Under the pieces are notes generated by a model that searched no databases, had not been told where the DNA came from, and saw nothing but the letters and a program-made list of their open reading frames with translations. The position numbers and the translations under genes are program-made. Positions 1-12,530 of a stretch of 64,000 bases of DNA are shown here, one piece after another; positions within the stretch are counted from its first letter, which is position 1, and each line of letters begins with the position of its first letter. Source of the stretch: Octopus vulgaris (taxonomy: Eukaryota); contig OX597815.1 in NCBI GenBank assembly GCA_951406725.2, forward strand, positions 129,456,001-129,520,000, given 5' to 3'.

Positions 1-118
1 TTGAAGTGTTTACGAAGTATAATACGTGTTTTCACGAATGTACTAAAGAGATTTGCTCTGATATTCTCATTTAAATATGAATAGGTAAATTCGGGCGGTT
101 TGGTAACGAAAGGGTTAA
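1..118. mobile_element. Terminal part of a TTAA-flanked piggyBac-type MITE
   Basis: Ends ...ggtaacgaaagggTTAA (115-118), the same terminus as family copies at 46370 and 47135. Confidence 0.6.
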
Positions 119-138
119 ACGGATGCATACATTTATTA

Positions 139-1028
139 ATCTCTTATTATAATAACTATATATAAGTGTCGTCTGTTTATACATAAACACTGTTTCATAC
201 TGCAATTATATATACATATATCTATATATAATATTATATAATAAAATATATACAGAGTAAAATAAAAACCAATTTACCTTTTCTGTATTGTTATAGCAAT
301 TCCACCGTCCGTGTGTCTTTGCAAATGTGTTGGAATGATAAGTGAGTTGTGTTTTGGCGCCTTTTTTACTAATAACAAACACACACGTGTTTGTATGTAG
401 TTGTTTGAAACGTTTGTGTTTGCCACTCTCATATATGTATGTGTATGCGTGTGTGTGAGGAATGACACACACACACTCACGCACGCACACATGTACATCA
501 ATGCTTTCGGAGTGATATGTTAAAATATTGAGTTTTCTCGAATTTTGTCTTAATTGGTGGTAAAATTGAAAGAAATTTTTTATGGCATCACCCACTGAAG
601 TACTCTGAAAAATCATGGGTACACTCTAATTGAAGAAATTGTGTGAGGAGTAAATCGTTATGTATTTATTTGTTTCTGTTTGCTGTGTTTTTTTATTTTT
701 TGAGTAGTGGTTTAAATACTTTCAGTTTAGTCTTCCTCAAATCACTCTGTCGCTATTTACTTTCATTTCATTCGTTGCACACTGTGTGTGTGCGTGTGCA
801 TGTGGTGTAAACCACATTAAGAAAAGCATTTGACATACACACCAGTATGTGAGTTTTCTGTAAATTTTGCTTAATTGGAGTTTAAATTTTAAAAACTGGA
901 CCTGGCATGACCCGATGCATTCTACTCTTAAAAATGTTAGGTAAATTGTAATTGAAGAAATCCTATATTGTAGATTTCTATAAGTTACAAAGGAAGGCAG
1001 ATAAAATCTGCCTTTTATAATAAGAGAT
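139..1028. mobile_element. Non-autonomous inverted-repeat element (MITE- or Helitron-like) with subterminal hairpin
   Basis: Perfect 14-bp terminal inverted repeat atctcttattataa (139-152) / ttataataagagat (1015-1028). Hairpin aaggcagat-aaa-atctgcctt lies just inside the right end. Two diverged internal ~130-bp blocks at ~525-655 and ~848-965. Confidence 0.6.
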
Positions 1029-2001
1029 ACACTATCATTTTAATTTGTAGAAACAAAGGCAGTATATTTCAGTGTAAATCATCATCAGTAAATGTCTGCC
1101 TTCCATGCTGGCATGGGTTATATGATAACAAAAAGGTTAAACATAAAAAAATAGAGCACTACAATAGCCTAAACATCGAAATATATACAATATAAAGGTG
1201 AAATAGCAATGGATGATATACTGGACTGCCATCTCTTGTGTTTTATGTTCAAATCTACATAAACTTCCCAGACTGCATACAGAAAAGAATCATCTGATTG
1301 GTTGTCTTAAAGGTGCTCAGACATACTCCAGCCCCTAGCCTGCAACTCTTTGCTTCAGTGAATCCTTTCTGATCCATGCATGTATGAAAAAGTATATTAA
1401 AATGAAAACAATGATATTAAGAGTGGAGAACTGACCAAATTGTATTTGGTAAACTATGTGACAGTATTAAACAGCTACATAGCCATTGTTCAATATTATT
1501 GTAATTTCTGCTTTTTAAATATTTTGTTAATTGTCTTTATTAATGAAAGTTCAGACACAGACTGTTATAGTGAATGTTTTATTATCCAGTTTGTAAACTG
1601 TAATTGTAGAGTCCTGTTCCTGTTAGTGGTAATAAAGTATAACCAATCATTTTCTTAGAGACAAGTCAATCATTTCTACACATGCCCTACAAATTTGTGG
1701 TCCTGTGCCAAGTTAGAAATTACTGTTGCATTACAAAACAGAAAGATTAAAGTAAAAATTACATTAACATAAGCACAGGTTTTTTTTTCCTCTCTCTCCC
1801 AACTGAATATCACTACCCAGGCTGTAAAAAAAATATGGCAAACAATTATCTTGCTTTTACAATAAGTTCTTTGACTGCATCTTGAATTAACATTTTAACA
1901 AGAGGGTAGAAAGATAGGCAGACTACTTCTTTTTTTTTTTTTGCTCTTTTAACTTGTAATAAAATAACCCTCAGACAAGATATACTGAAGTGGCCAACTA
2001 T

Positions 2002-2228
2002 TTAACCCATTCAACATCTACCTGCCTGAAACTGCCCCAAGTAAAGTAGTGAAATTTAAATCCAAATCTTGGACTGATAAAATGAAAAAGATAATATATA
2101 ACTTCAATATCTAAACAGTTGTCTAAAGTCTATTAACTTTTTCACACTTTTACAATTCTTGATTATTTTGAAAATTAAAACACACCCAGAATGTGTTTGT
2201 ATTAAAATTATGGTCACAAAATGTTTAA
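2002..2228. mobile_element. Degenerate piggyBac-type (TTAA) MITE
   Basis: Starts TTAAccc...cctgcctgaaactgccc and ends ggtcacaaaatgtTTAA; similar to copies at 10184, 14794, 46370 and 47135. Confidence 0.5.
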
Positions 2229-2444
2229 ATATGATGAAAGGTAACATTCTCCCTTAGTGCTTTGACTTTAAATGTTGGCAATAGCGTCTCAAGATATAGT
2301 TCATTACCACCCTAATATGCAAAATTTCGATGGAAAATGATGAAATTGGTTTCATTCTTCAAGTTGATAAAATATGTTGATCTAAACGACTATTGTCTTC
2401 ATGAAAGTGTGCTGCATTGTAACAAAGTTAGAAATAATAATAAT

Positions 2445-2873
2445 ACTTTCTACTGTAGGCACAAGGCCTGAAATTTGGGGGAAGGGATTAAGTCGATCAC
2501 ATCAACCCATTTTGTAACGGGTACTTATTTAATCAACCTTGAAAGGATGAAAGGTAAAGTTGACCTCAGTGGAATTTGAACTCAGAATGTAGCAATGGGA
2601 GAAATACCACTAAGCATTTTGTCCAGTCTGCTAACGATTCTGCCAGCCCACCACCTCTAGAAATAATAATAATGGTTTCAAATTTTGGGGCAAGGTCAGT
2701 AATTTCAGGGAAGCTGGTAAGTTTATTATATTGATCCTGGTGTCCTTCTGGTACTTGTTTTATTAACTCCGAAAGGATGAAAGGCAAAGTTGAATTCAGC
2801 AGGATTTGAACTCGGACTGTAAAGACAGACAAATTGCTCTAATTATTTTGCCTAAAGTGCTAATGATTCTGCC
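2445..2873 (-). mobile_element. Two tandem tRNA-headed Meta-domain-type SINEs
   Basis: Reverse complement of the family sequence ggtgagctggcagaatc...gagttcaaat...tttgcctttcatcctttc...aagtacc, present twice and separated by (aat)n. Confidence 0.8.
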
Positions 2874-2875
2874 AT

Positions 2876-3098
2876 AATGGTGAGCTTGGCAGAATTATTA
2901 GTGCACCAGAGAAAATGCTTGGTGGCATTTCTTTTAGTTCTTCACTTTCTGAGCTCAATTCCCACCAAGGTCAATTTTGTCTTTCATTCTTTCTGGGGTT
3001 CATAAAATAAAGTACCAGTCAAGTATTAGAATTGATGTAATTACTTGCCCCCCTCCCTTCAGAATTTTTGGCATTGTCAAAATCAAAAAGAATCATTA
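2876..3098 (+). mobile_element. Meta-domain-type SINE
   Basis: ggtgagcttggcagaatt...gagctcaatt...ctttcattc...aaagtaccagt; head-to-head with the previous copy. Confidence 0.7.
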
Positions 3099-3187
3099 TG
3101 CAGTACCTTTGCAGCTTTAATACTTCTGCTATGTACTAAACATGTAAATATTTAAAACAATGTCCACAATAGAGATGATATATATTC

Positions 3188-3565
3188 AAGGCTGTGTGGT
3201 AAGTAGCTTACATACCAAGCACATGGTTCTAGTTTCAGTCCCACTGCATGACACATTGGGCAAGTGTCTTCTACTATAGCCTCGGGCTGACCAAACCCTT
3301 GTGAGTGGATTTGGTAGATGGAAACTGAAAGAAGCCTGCCGTGTGTATAGATATATATATGTGTGTGTGTATCTGTGTTTGTCCCCCCAACATTGCTTGA
3401 CAACTAATACTGGTGTGTTTTTGTCCTCATGACTTAGTGATTCGGCAAAAGAGACCAATAGAATAAGTACTAGGCTTACAAAGAATAAGTCCTGGGGTCG
3501 ATTTGCTCAACTAAAGGCAGCACTCCAGCATGACCACAGTCAAATGACAGACAAATAAAAGGAAA
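3188..3565 (+). mobile_element. tRNA-headed CORE-type SINE with tail type A
   Basis: Head ggctgtgtggtaag...ttcagtcccactg, core ttgggcaagtgtcttctactatagcctcggg, (ta)/(tg) microsatellite, then tail ...gagaccaatagaataagtact...ggggtcgat...aaatgac. Confidence 0.85.
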
Positions 3566-4059
3566 ACGTTTATATAAACCATTAATCAATTTGATCTCAG
3601 AAAATTCTTTCTTCCATATTGGTTGTTCCAGCAACATCTTTTTTTTTTTTTTTTTTTTTTATTGTTCTAAATTTAAATACCTTTATGAGGGTGAGTATCT
3701 CTTGGGTCAGATAAATGTCAAGTATTGCTGAATTTACTGTGGAAAAATATAGCAAGTAAAGAATTTTCATACAGCCACATACCTCAGAATGGAAGGACCA
3801 TTAATTACTCTCAGGAATGTAATTTTATTTTTTCTTCTTGGTTTTACATTCCATAGCAGCATGAGTGAGATGGCTTTCATAAATTTAGACAAAAACCATT
3901 GGAACCAGTTTCATTTCTAATGTTAAACATCCAATCATGTTAGCTGGAGTAGAGTTAACGTATGGTTATCTTGTAGATAGGTACTGTAGAATGTCTGATA
4001 AAAGTTTGAAGCTATAAGTGTGTAGTCAATCATTGTGCCAGTACTTTAATCAATTAGTA

Positions 4060-4649
4060 TCTTTTATCTTTTACGTGTTTCAGTCATTAGACTGTGGCCA
4101 TGCTGGGGTACCACCTTGAATTTTAACCAAATGAATCAACATCAGCACTTAAGTTTTTAAGCCTAATACTTATTCTATTGGTCTGTTTTGCCAAATTGCT
4201 ACGTTGTGCAGACATAAACACACCAACACTAGTTGTCAAGTGGTGGTGGGAGACAAACACAGATACAAAGACACATTAATATACACACATTTGCATACAC
4301 ACACACACACATACACTTCCTTCAGTTTCCATCTACCAAATCCACTCACAAGGCCTATAGTTGAAGGCACTTGCCCAAGGTACCATGCAGTGGGACTGAA
4401 CCCAAGATTATGTGGTTGGGAAGCAAACTTCTTACCACACAGCCATGCCTGTGCCTGTATACTTTATACACAATATACTTGTTACTTGTTGTTGCAGCTA
4501 TGCTCGGCCTCTGCCTTATAGGGTTAGTCAAACAAACTGACACAGTACTTAAGTCTAGTACTTATTCTATCAGTCTTTTTATATATGCCGAATTGCAAAA
4601 TTACAGGGACATAAACAAACCAACACTAGTTGTTAAGTAGTGGGGAGAC

Positions 4650-4690
<41 letters not shown>
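4060..4690 (-). mobile_element. CORE-type SINE (4060-4460) plus a second partial tail copy (4480-4690)
   Basis: Reverse complement of the family at 3188, with (ca)n microsatellites. Confidence 0.75.
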
Positions 4691-4693
<3 letters not shown>

Positions 4694-5135
4694 ATATAAA
4701 TTCTAGCTGAATAGCCCATTGTTGCCAGGCAATTTTTACAATAGAATGTCTTATATAAATTTTTGTTTATTCCATGTCAGGCCATGTCCTCTCTGACAGA
4801 TGATTCAGTGTGATGACTCATGCAATGCATGCCAGCACGAAAAGTGGAAAATGATAACTGACAGGTGCATGCATGTGCATACACACAGATCATTTTTATT
4901 GGCTCCTCCTCCTCATCATTTTGATATCTATTTTTCCCTATTTAAATTAAGTCTAAGATGCAATATATCAGTACTCATCTAGCATTTTTTCTACCTTTAC
5001 CAAAGACATCTTCCATAGTCAGCACACAACATTTTATCACTAACACTCATCCTCCATTATATCCATATAAAATGGTTGTCTCCTCTGCAGTCTTTGGCTA
5101 ATCAATGGCCATGCAACCCTACTATTCATAAATCT

Positions 5136-5320
5136 ATTATTATTATTCAATAGTCTTATTTTTATCATGTGCTGTCGTGGCATTACCAAGCACAGCTGTG
5201 TGTGCCTTGGGTATGTGCTGTGGTTTGTTGTGATGTTCTTATTTTCGTTGTATTGAAAGTGTTTTATGTAGGATGTGTGCGGTGCCCAGTAGCGTTATTT
5301 TCTGTATGCTATATATTATT
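5136..5320 (-). mobile_element. 3' end of an R4/Dong-clade non-LTR retrotransposon
   Basis: Minus strand reads IYSIQKITLLGTAHILHKTLSIQRK*, matching the LQKxxLLGTAxILRK C-terminus typical of R4/Dong ORFs. It is followed by a short UTR ending in (taa)n. Confidence 0.7.
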
Positions 5321-5330
5321 ACGATTACAA

Positions 5331-5550
5331 TAAGGTGGTGAGCTGGCAGAATCGTTAGTATTCTGGGTGAAATGCTTAGCAGTATTTTGTCTGCCACTAC
5401 ATTCTCAGTTCAAATTCTGCCGAGGTTGACTTTGCCTTTCATCCTTTTGGGGTTGATGAAATAAGTACCAGTTACACACTGGGATGGATATAATTGACTA
5501 GTCCCCTTCCCCAAAAGTTCTCAAGGCTTTACTTTGAGTAGAAATAATTA
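5331..5550 (+). mobile_element. Meta-domain-type SINE
   Basis: aaggtggtgagctggcagaatcgttag...gttcaaattctgccgaggttgactttgcctttcatcc...aagtaccagtt. Confidence 0.85.
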
Positions 5551-5568
5551 TTATTACCATCATTATTA

Positions 5569-5934
5569 TTACTTCTACCTTAACGAAGGTGGAGGTATTG
5601 TTTTCAGTCATGTTTGTTTGTTCGTGGACAAGATATCTCAAGAACCGCTTGATGAATTCAGATAAAACTTTCAGGGATGTTTGGCCTCGTGACTGGCACA
5701 AACTGATTAGATTTTGGGATCGAACTGGTACCAAACAAGGATTCTGGATTAATTTTCTGTTTGTTTTTTTTTTACTTAATTTTTGAGAGTGGTTGGGTTC
5801 ATATTTGGTATTCTTGTTTGTGAGAGCAGTCGAATTTATTTCAGATAATCTCATTTTAAAAATCATCTCCAGCTAATCGTTGAGAGGACGTTGGTGTTAC
5901 CTTGGCAGAGGTTTGCACTCTGAGTGATCTTGTT
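5569..5934 (+). mobile_element. Helentron-associated interspersed element (HINE/DINE-1-like)
   Basis: 5' self-complementary subterminal repeat acttctacc...ggtggaggt, (gttt)n microsatellite, 3' repeat ggcagaggt, then palindrome cactctgagtg and a T-rich end. Confidence 0.7.
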
Positions 5935-7130
5935 AATATTACTGTTATTGAGGTCAAGGAATCAAGCTGGCAGAATCATGAGCATCTGAAAAAAATCTCT
6001 TGCTTTATTTCTTCTGAAGCTCTAATAGTTCAAATACTACCAAGATCGATTTCACCTTTCATCCTTTCAAAGCTGATAAAATAAAGTATCAGTGAAGTAC
6101 TGGGGTTGATTTAATAAACTAACCTACTTTTCCTGAAAAAAACTGTTGGCCTTGTGCCTAATTTAGAAACCATTATTATTATCAAGGTGGCATATTAGTT
6201 TGATATAGTTAATGTTTGTAAACACATTGCTTGCCATACAGGAAATTGATATGAAGGTTTTGATTGTAAAAGGCTTTGAGTACTGCACAGAATGTTATAA
6301 AGAAACAGCCTTTTCTCTCTAAACATTCCAAGCAATTCTGTAGAAAGCGTACCTACAGTTAGAAATCTGACTACTACTTATGATTTTTTAAAGCTTTTTT
6401 TGGCTTTTTTTATTATCTTCCTTCAGGCTGGTAAATTAAGAACCGTTCTGTTTTTATTCTGCAAGTTTGTTGGAAAAGAAAACACGATTGATCAAAATAT
6501 TTATGTAACTCTGATTAGTGACTTGAAAATCCTTGGTTTATCATAGGAAATATGTTGAGATAAGTCAACGGCTATTGTGTAACTTTGGTGCAGATGGAAA
6601 GCATTATTATTGCAAAGTAGAGCCATAAAGTACTGGTTTGATTTGACTTCAAAAAATTGTTTTAGATAAAGCTGTGAAGTTGGTAGACAACAATAACAAC
6701 AAACTACTTGAATTGTTTGGTTGTTTGCCAGATTTCTTTTAGGTGCTGGCAACTTGGTTTTGTTACACAAGCCATTTCCTCTCTTGTAGACATCAGATGG
6801 TTATCAGAGATGGATCTGTGTGTGCAGTCACTGGCAGAGGAAATGGTTTACTTTAAGCTAGATGGATTACATAAGCCTCTTGTTGGATGAGGTTTCTGCA
6901 CTAATTCATCATATTTATTACTGACCTGAAGTTCTGGAAATTAGGAAGGAAAAAAAAATTATGTATGTTAACTCTAATAAAACTCACACTGAGCATCTAC
7001 AGTTTATATTCTGATAATATTTAGTGGATTTGCCCCTCCCTCCAATGAATATTACAGTATCAAATTTATTATTGCAACACCTGGATTGTATGAAAACACT
7101 GGTTTGGAATTGATATACTACTCCCTCATT

Positions 7131-7150
7131 ACACACACACACACACACAC

Positions 7151-7184
<34 letters not shown>
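7131..7184. repeat. (CA)n microsatellite
   Basis: Direct observation. Confidence 0.95.
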
Positions 7185-7185
<1 letters not shown>

Positions 7186-7499
7186 AGTTTCACCTCAAGC
7201 GTACATTACTCTTATGTTTTTGTCTGGAGCATACACACAAACAGATTTTTTGCCAATGTAAAGATGTGGAGAAATATCCAACAGAAAACAAAAACAGGAA
7301 TTTTTCTTATATTCTTTCATGGCCTCTAATGAAGCTTTGTCTGAGTAAGTAGAGAGAGAGAGAGGGAAGGAAGGAAGGAGGGAGGGAAGGAGCGCAGCAG
7401 ATTGATAAAAAACCAGTATGTTGTAGTTGTAGGTATTGGTGGTGGTAGTGGTTAATTACACAAAATTATTAGGTTATTAGGGTACTACTCAATATCCCA

Positions 7500-8420
7500 T
7501 CATCAAGAAGTGATTCAAAAGAGGAATACATGGATGTAGTTTCTGCATTATCTTTCACAGCCTCTCTGGAGCATTCTATTTTCCATGGTTTGGTTTTGAA
7601 GAAAAGACTGTGCTTATGACCTTTACCAAGCCTCCAAGACTAAGACAAGTGAGAGTGATGCCATTTATGTTTACCTAAGCTATTGCACATCAACAACTGC
7701 AGGTAAAGAACATGCTCTGAGAATTCTAGAATGCTGACATTGTAGGAAGGAAGACTGAATGTAGTAATATACAGGGCCTGGTGGGGGGTAGGGAAGAAAT
7801 TAATGATTTGGAAGTTCCTGAAGGGAGATAGCATAAGGCCAGTCAACATTGAGAAGGAGAGGCCAGTGCAATAGCATCAGAAAAAAAAAATACAGAGAGT
7901 ATATAGCATGTCTGTGGGTCAGAGGCTGGAATGAGTTTGTGAGCAACTTAGTGTCAATTAGTCAAATGACCTTTCTTTAGATGCAATCTATAGTAGCAGT
8001 AGCATCCCAGATATAGGAGTAGTAGTAGTCTACTTGGAGTCTCACCAAAGTTTGTAGAGGAGTAGTTGGTGGTGGATTGGAATTATTTTCAGTCTCTTAA
8101 AAAGTCTAATTTTTGAAAGGTAGTCTTATCTGTGTTGAAGATGCGTGTTTGCTAAGCAAGATCATTTAGACTGTCTTATCATATGAATCACTTGTCAGAA
8201 CTACCAATATCCTGAACTTTCATTTCATGAAACAGTGGTGTTCTCCTGTCAGGTCACACTGTCATGTGATAAACTGATGAACTGTGTTGTTTTAGCTGTA
8301 TCATAACTAATTTGTGACAAATTACACCACACTGCAGTTGGATGAGATTATTTGAAAATTGTCATGGGCAATGGGGTACACTGTGCACATTGACAGAATA
8401 TTACACAATTAGTAACCTTC
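7500..8420 (-). mobile_element. Highly decayed CR1/L2-like LINE 3' region
   Basis: Minus-strand remnants resembling the post-RT LYKxxVRPxxEYxxxxW motif near 8000-8060; similar to the + copy at 29990-30400. Confidence 0.45.
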
Positions 8421-8473
8421 TCACTGTCATGTCCCTCAAGAACCCAATTATTCTACTTTTACTATTACTTATT

Positions 8474-8676
8474 CTCTTTTACTCTTTTACTTGTTTCAGT
8501 CATTTGACTGTGGCCAAGCTGGAGCACTGCCTTTTAGTTGAGCAAATCGATCCCAGGACTTAGTCTTTGTAAGCCTAGTACTTATTCTATTGGTCTCTTT
8601 TGCTGAACCGCTAAGTTATGGGGACATAAACACACCAGCATCAGTTGTCAAGCGATGTTGGGGGAGACAAACACAG

Positions 8677-8721
<45 letters not shown>

Positions 8722-8897
8722 CATATATATACGACGGGCTTCTTTCAGTTTCCATCTACCAAATCCACTCCCAAGCCTTTGGTCGGCCTGAGGCTATAGT
8801 AGAAGGCACTCACCCAAGGTGCCATGCAGTGGGACTGAACCTGGAACCATTAGGTTGGTAAGCAAGCTACTTACCACACAGCCACTCCCACACCTAT
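8474..8897 (-). mobile_element. Full-length CORE-type SINE, tail type A
   Basis: Near-perfect reverse complement of the copy at 9150-9570. Confidence 0.9.
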
Positions 8898-9149
8898 TGT
8901 TTTAAACTCTGAGGAATATTAAGCATAATCTTGCTTGGAAACAGGTTAGGGTTGGCGACAGGATGGGCTTCCAACTATAGTAAATCTGCTGCATTAAATT
9001 CCATCCCACCCATGCAAACAGGAAAACTGGGCATTAAAATGATGACTCTAAAATAATATGATCTCAGAACACTAAAACAGTAAATTGTACACCTGGCTAT
9101 ATCTAAAGCATCCAAGAAATATGTAGATTGATACTAAAGGTTGAGATAT

Positions 9150-9314
9150 AGGCGTAGGAGTGGCTGTGTGGTAAGTACCTTGCTTACAAACTACATGATT
9201 CCGGGTTCAGTCCCACTGCGTGGCACCTTGGGCAAGTGTTTCTACTATAACCTTGGGCCAACCAAAGCCTTGTGAGTGGATTTGGTAGATGGAAACTGAA
9301 AGAAGCCTGTCATA

Positions 9315-9357
<43 letters not shown>

Positions 9358-9570
9358 ATGTATATGTTTGTGTGCCTGTGTTTGTCCCGTCCCCCAACAT
9401 CGCTTGACAACCGATGCTGATGTTTACGTCCCCGTAACTTAGCAGTTTGGCAAAAGAGACCGATAGAATAAGTACTAGGCTTACAAAGAATAAGTCCTGG
9501 GGTCGATGTGCTTGACTAAAGGCGGTGCTCCAGCATGGCCACATTCAAATGACTGAAACAAGTAAAAGAG
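9150..9570 (+). mobile_element. Full-length CORE-type SINE, tail type A
   Basis: ggcgtaggagtggctgtgtggtaag (A-box-like)...gggttcagtccc (B-box-like), core, (ta)n, and tail ending aaatgactgaaacaagtaaaagag. Confidence 0.9.
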
Positions 9571-10183
9571 TATATTTTTGCAGAGTTATCTTGTAGCCTT
9601 CTCCTTTCCAAGTCATATAGTTTCATAGGACCAGTTTTCTGGTTTCTGGTCCATCACAGAAATACTCACTTTTGCTAGCTAAAGGAATTGTAGCAACATG
9701 AAATGAAGTGTTTTGCTCAAGAACAAAACAAATTACCCAGTACAAGAATTGAAAGTATAATCTTGCAAGTATAGTCTAGTACCCTAACACTAAGCCACAT
9801 GCCTCCACTCTTGTGGCTGACCCTTCAGTAATTCCTGTTTTTTCTTTCACTTCTCTCACAATTGAGATGTTGATATTTGGTTACCATTCTAGACATATTT
9901 ACAAAATATCAAAGCTCCCTTTTATATCAATCATGTTTTCTTTTCCAACAAACTCGCAGAATAAAAACAGAATGATTCTTAGCTTACCAGTCTGAAGGAA
10001 GAGAAAAAGAAAGAAAAAAACCCAACAAATAAGTAGTCATATTTCTGTACTATTATATGTGATTGAATTTGACTTGCCTTTTGTTGTGTTGTATTCTATC
10101 TTTTATAAACTATAGCAAAATATAACATTCCAGAGGATTGTACGTAAACAACTCTAATATCATATTATTCAACTGTATTATAG

Positions 10184-10633
10184 TTAACCCTTTTGATTCC
10201 AATATGTCTGAGACTGCAAGGCAGTGAGCTGGCAGAGACATTAGCACACTGGGTGAAATGCTTAGTGGTATTTTGCCTATCTTTACATTCTGAGTTCAAA
10301 TTTCACCAAGATCAACTTTGCTTTCATTCTTTCACGGTCGATAAATTAAGTACCAGTTGCCTACTGGGATCGATCTAATTGACTGGGCCCCCCTCCCCCA
10401 AAATTTCAGGCCTAGAGTTGAAAAGAATATGCCTGAGACTGCCTCTGGTTCTATGATACAAACTTCATGCTTTAAAGTGACCTAAATTAAAACCTTTCAT
10501 GGAAATTTTGCATTAATTTTTTCCAAATACCAGTTTAATAATAGCAAAGTTACTTTATTAAATTTTTCATTCTTTTCGAAATTGAATTAAAGATGGAATA
10601 TTTCAACAGAAATCTGGTTACAAAAGGATTAAG
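10184..10633. mobile_element. piggyBac-type MITE interrupted by a Meta-type SINE (10218-10425)
   Basis: TTAAccctttt...aaaaggaTTAA ends. The nested SINE is flanked by a 17-bp TSD: aatatgtctgagactgc (10201-10217) / aatatgcctgagactgc (10426-10442). Confidence 0.85.
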
Positions 10634-11343
10634 TTCCTGTAGGAAAGTGACATATCTTAAGCTGGTTAATGTTTTAGAGTTCAAGTCAAAGCAACTACTT
10701 GTTGCATACAAATTTGTTTTCTTTTTGCTGGGTCTGTGGTAAGGGACAGTGTCATGACCTTTAAAGACACTTCATGATTAGTGATGTAGTTAAATGTTTC
10801 ACTTGAATTGTTGGAATTCAACACCTGCAGGAAAAACATGAGGGCAAGCTGGTGAATCCAGAGGTTCAACATTCTGGGGAGAGTAAGCTGGAGGGTTGGA
10901 CTCAACATGGGTAATGGGAGGAAGAGTGGGAGAAGTAAGAGGAGATGAGAGAATCTGGAATGCCCTGAGTTGAGATGACATGAGACCAGCCATCTCCATA
11001 TTTCTCATAGTTATTTTGATGTTATACAACAAAGTTTGTTAAAACTGGTGTTTGCTTCCTTTCCTCTTAAATGCTTGTTTTCTTCATTTCTTTTTATGTC
11101 CTATCTATCCAAGGACAATGTTTACATTTAATGCATAGAAATGTAGTCATTGAAAAACATTTTGACTCATTTCATTTTATTTTATTTTTCCCTACATTTT
11201 TGCTGCTAATGATTTTTACTCATGATTCCAGATCTTATTGTCCTGTTGTGTCAGTCGTGATATGCCAGTAACAATACTCAGAGTAAATAGCACTTTAACA
11301 AATTGATGCCAAATGTTTTTATATGTATGTATGCACACACATA

Positions 11344-11376
<33 letters not shown>

Positions 11377-12112
11377 CCTAGCTCTACCCTAACAATTTGA
11401 CACTGAGCTGCCTTAGCACCCACCAGTATTTGCTTTTGTCATTTTAGGAGGCAATTACTAGCATTATTTTTCCCATTACTAATTCAAGTTAATGTGTTTA
11501 TTATGATAATTACTAATATGGATGGACATATTTACGAATTCTTGTCACTGCTACATAAAAGATACACTTTGACTAAAAAGCAAATATTTTGTTAAGCTTT
11601 GTTTGAGATACAGTGTTTAACAAAGGGAAATAAAATACCAACCAGCAAAGATTGTGATAATATTATCTTTTTAAGGCAATAGTCCACAATGTTTTATCAG
11701 TATTTGTAGCCAGATTGAACCTTTATAAATTCCTTTCTTTTATATACTTGTCTGACAAGTGTATAAGTCATTTGATCTTAGATGTATATCAATTTGCCAC
11801 TATAATACTGTGAATCAACTGTTTTGGTTTCAACACAATCTAAGTTGTTATATTCACTTTTGGTTCATTATTTTTTCAGCTGTATATGTTGTGTGTATCA
11901 GTCATTCATCATTTACGATCTGTTCAGTTATACTTTATAATGAAGTAAATAGTTTCTTTTCATTATGTGAAAGGTTATATACACAAGGTGAAGAGGAAAA
12001 TGTATAGTTTTGATGTTTATCCTGATCCCAGATGTATCAGTGGTGTTTCTTAAAAAAAATAATTTCAATCAAGAATTGAAAGCATTTTCTTCTGTGTATA
12101 AGTCTTAATCAA

Positions 12113-12530
12113 TAGGCATAGACAAGGCTGTATGGTTAAGGCATTTGCTTCTAAACCATGTAGTTTTGGATTCTGTCTCACTGTGTGGTAGCTTAGGCCA
12201 GTGTCTTCTACTATAACCCTGAGCTGACCAAAGCCTTATGGGTGGATTTGGTAAATGGTAACTGAAAGAAGCCCATCATTTGTGTGTATTTTTATGTACC
12301 TTTGTCTTGACATTATATGATAGTTGTAAGCAAGTATTACCATCATATGAGTGTTATTCATTTCCAGACATTAAAAAAAAAACATGCCTGGCTATGGGGA
12401 AGTATTTCTGTGCTCAGAAATAGATGATCATTGGCAACAGGAAAAGAATCCAGCCATAGAAAACCTGCCTCAACAAATTCCATTTGACCCATGCAAGTAT
12501 GGAAAAGTGGATGTTAAATGATGTTGGTGA
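12113..12530 (+). mobile_element. CORE-type SINE with RTE-LINE-derived tail (tail type B)
   Basis: Same head and core as 9150. The tail ...ggcaacaggaaaagaatccagccatagaaa...cccatgcaagtatggaaaagtggatgttaaatgatg is shared with RTE LINE 3' ends. Confidence 0.75.

Noticed and set aside
9150-9225. tRNA-like A/B boxes here and at 15770-15839 and 48295-48355
   Set aside because: These are SINE heads with no complete cloverleaf or acceptor stem; not tRNA genes.
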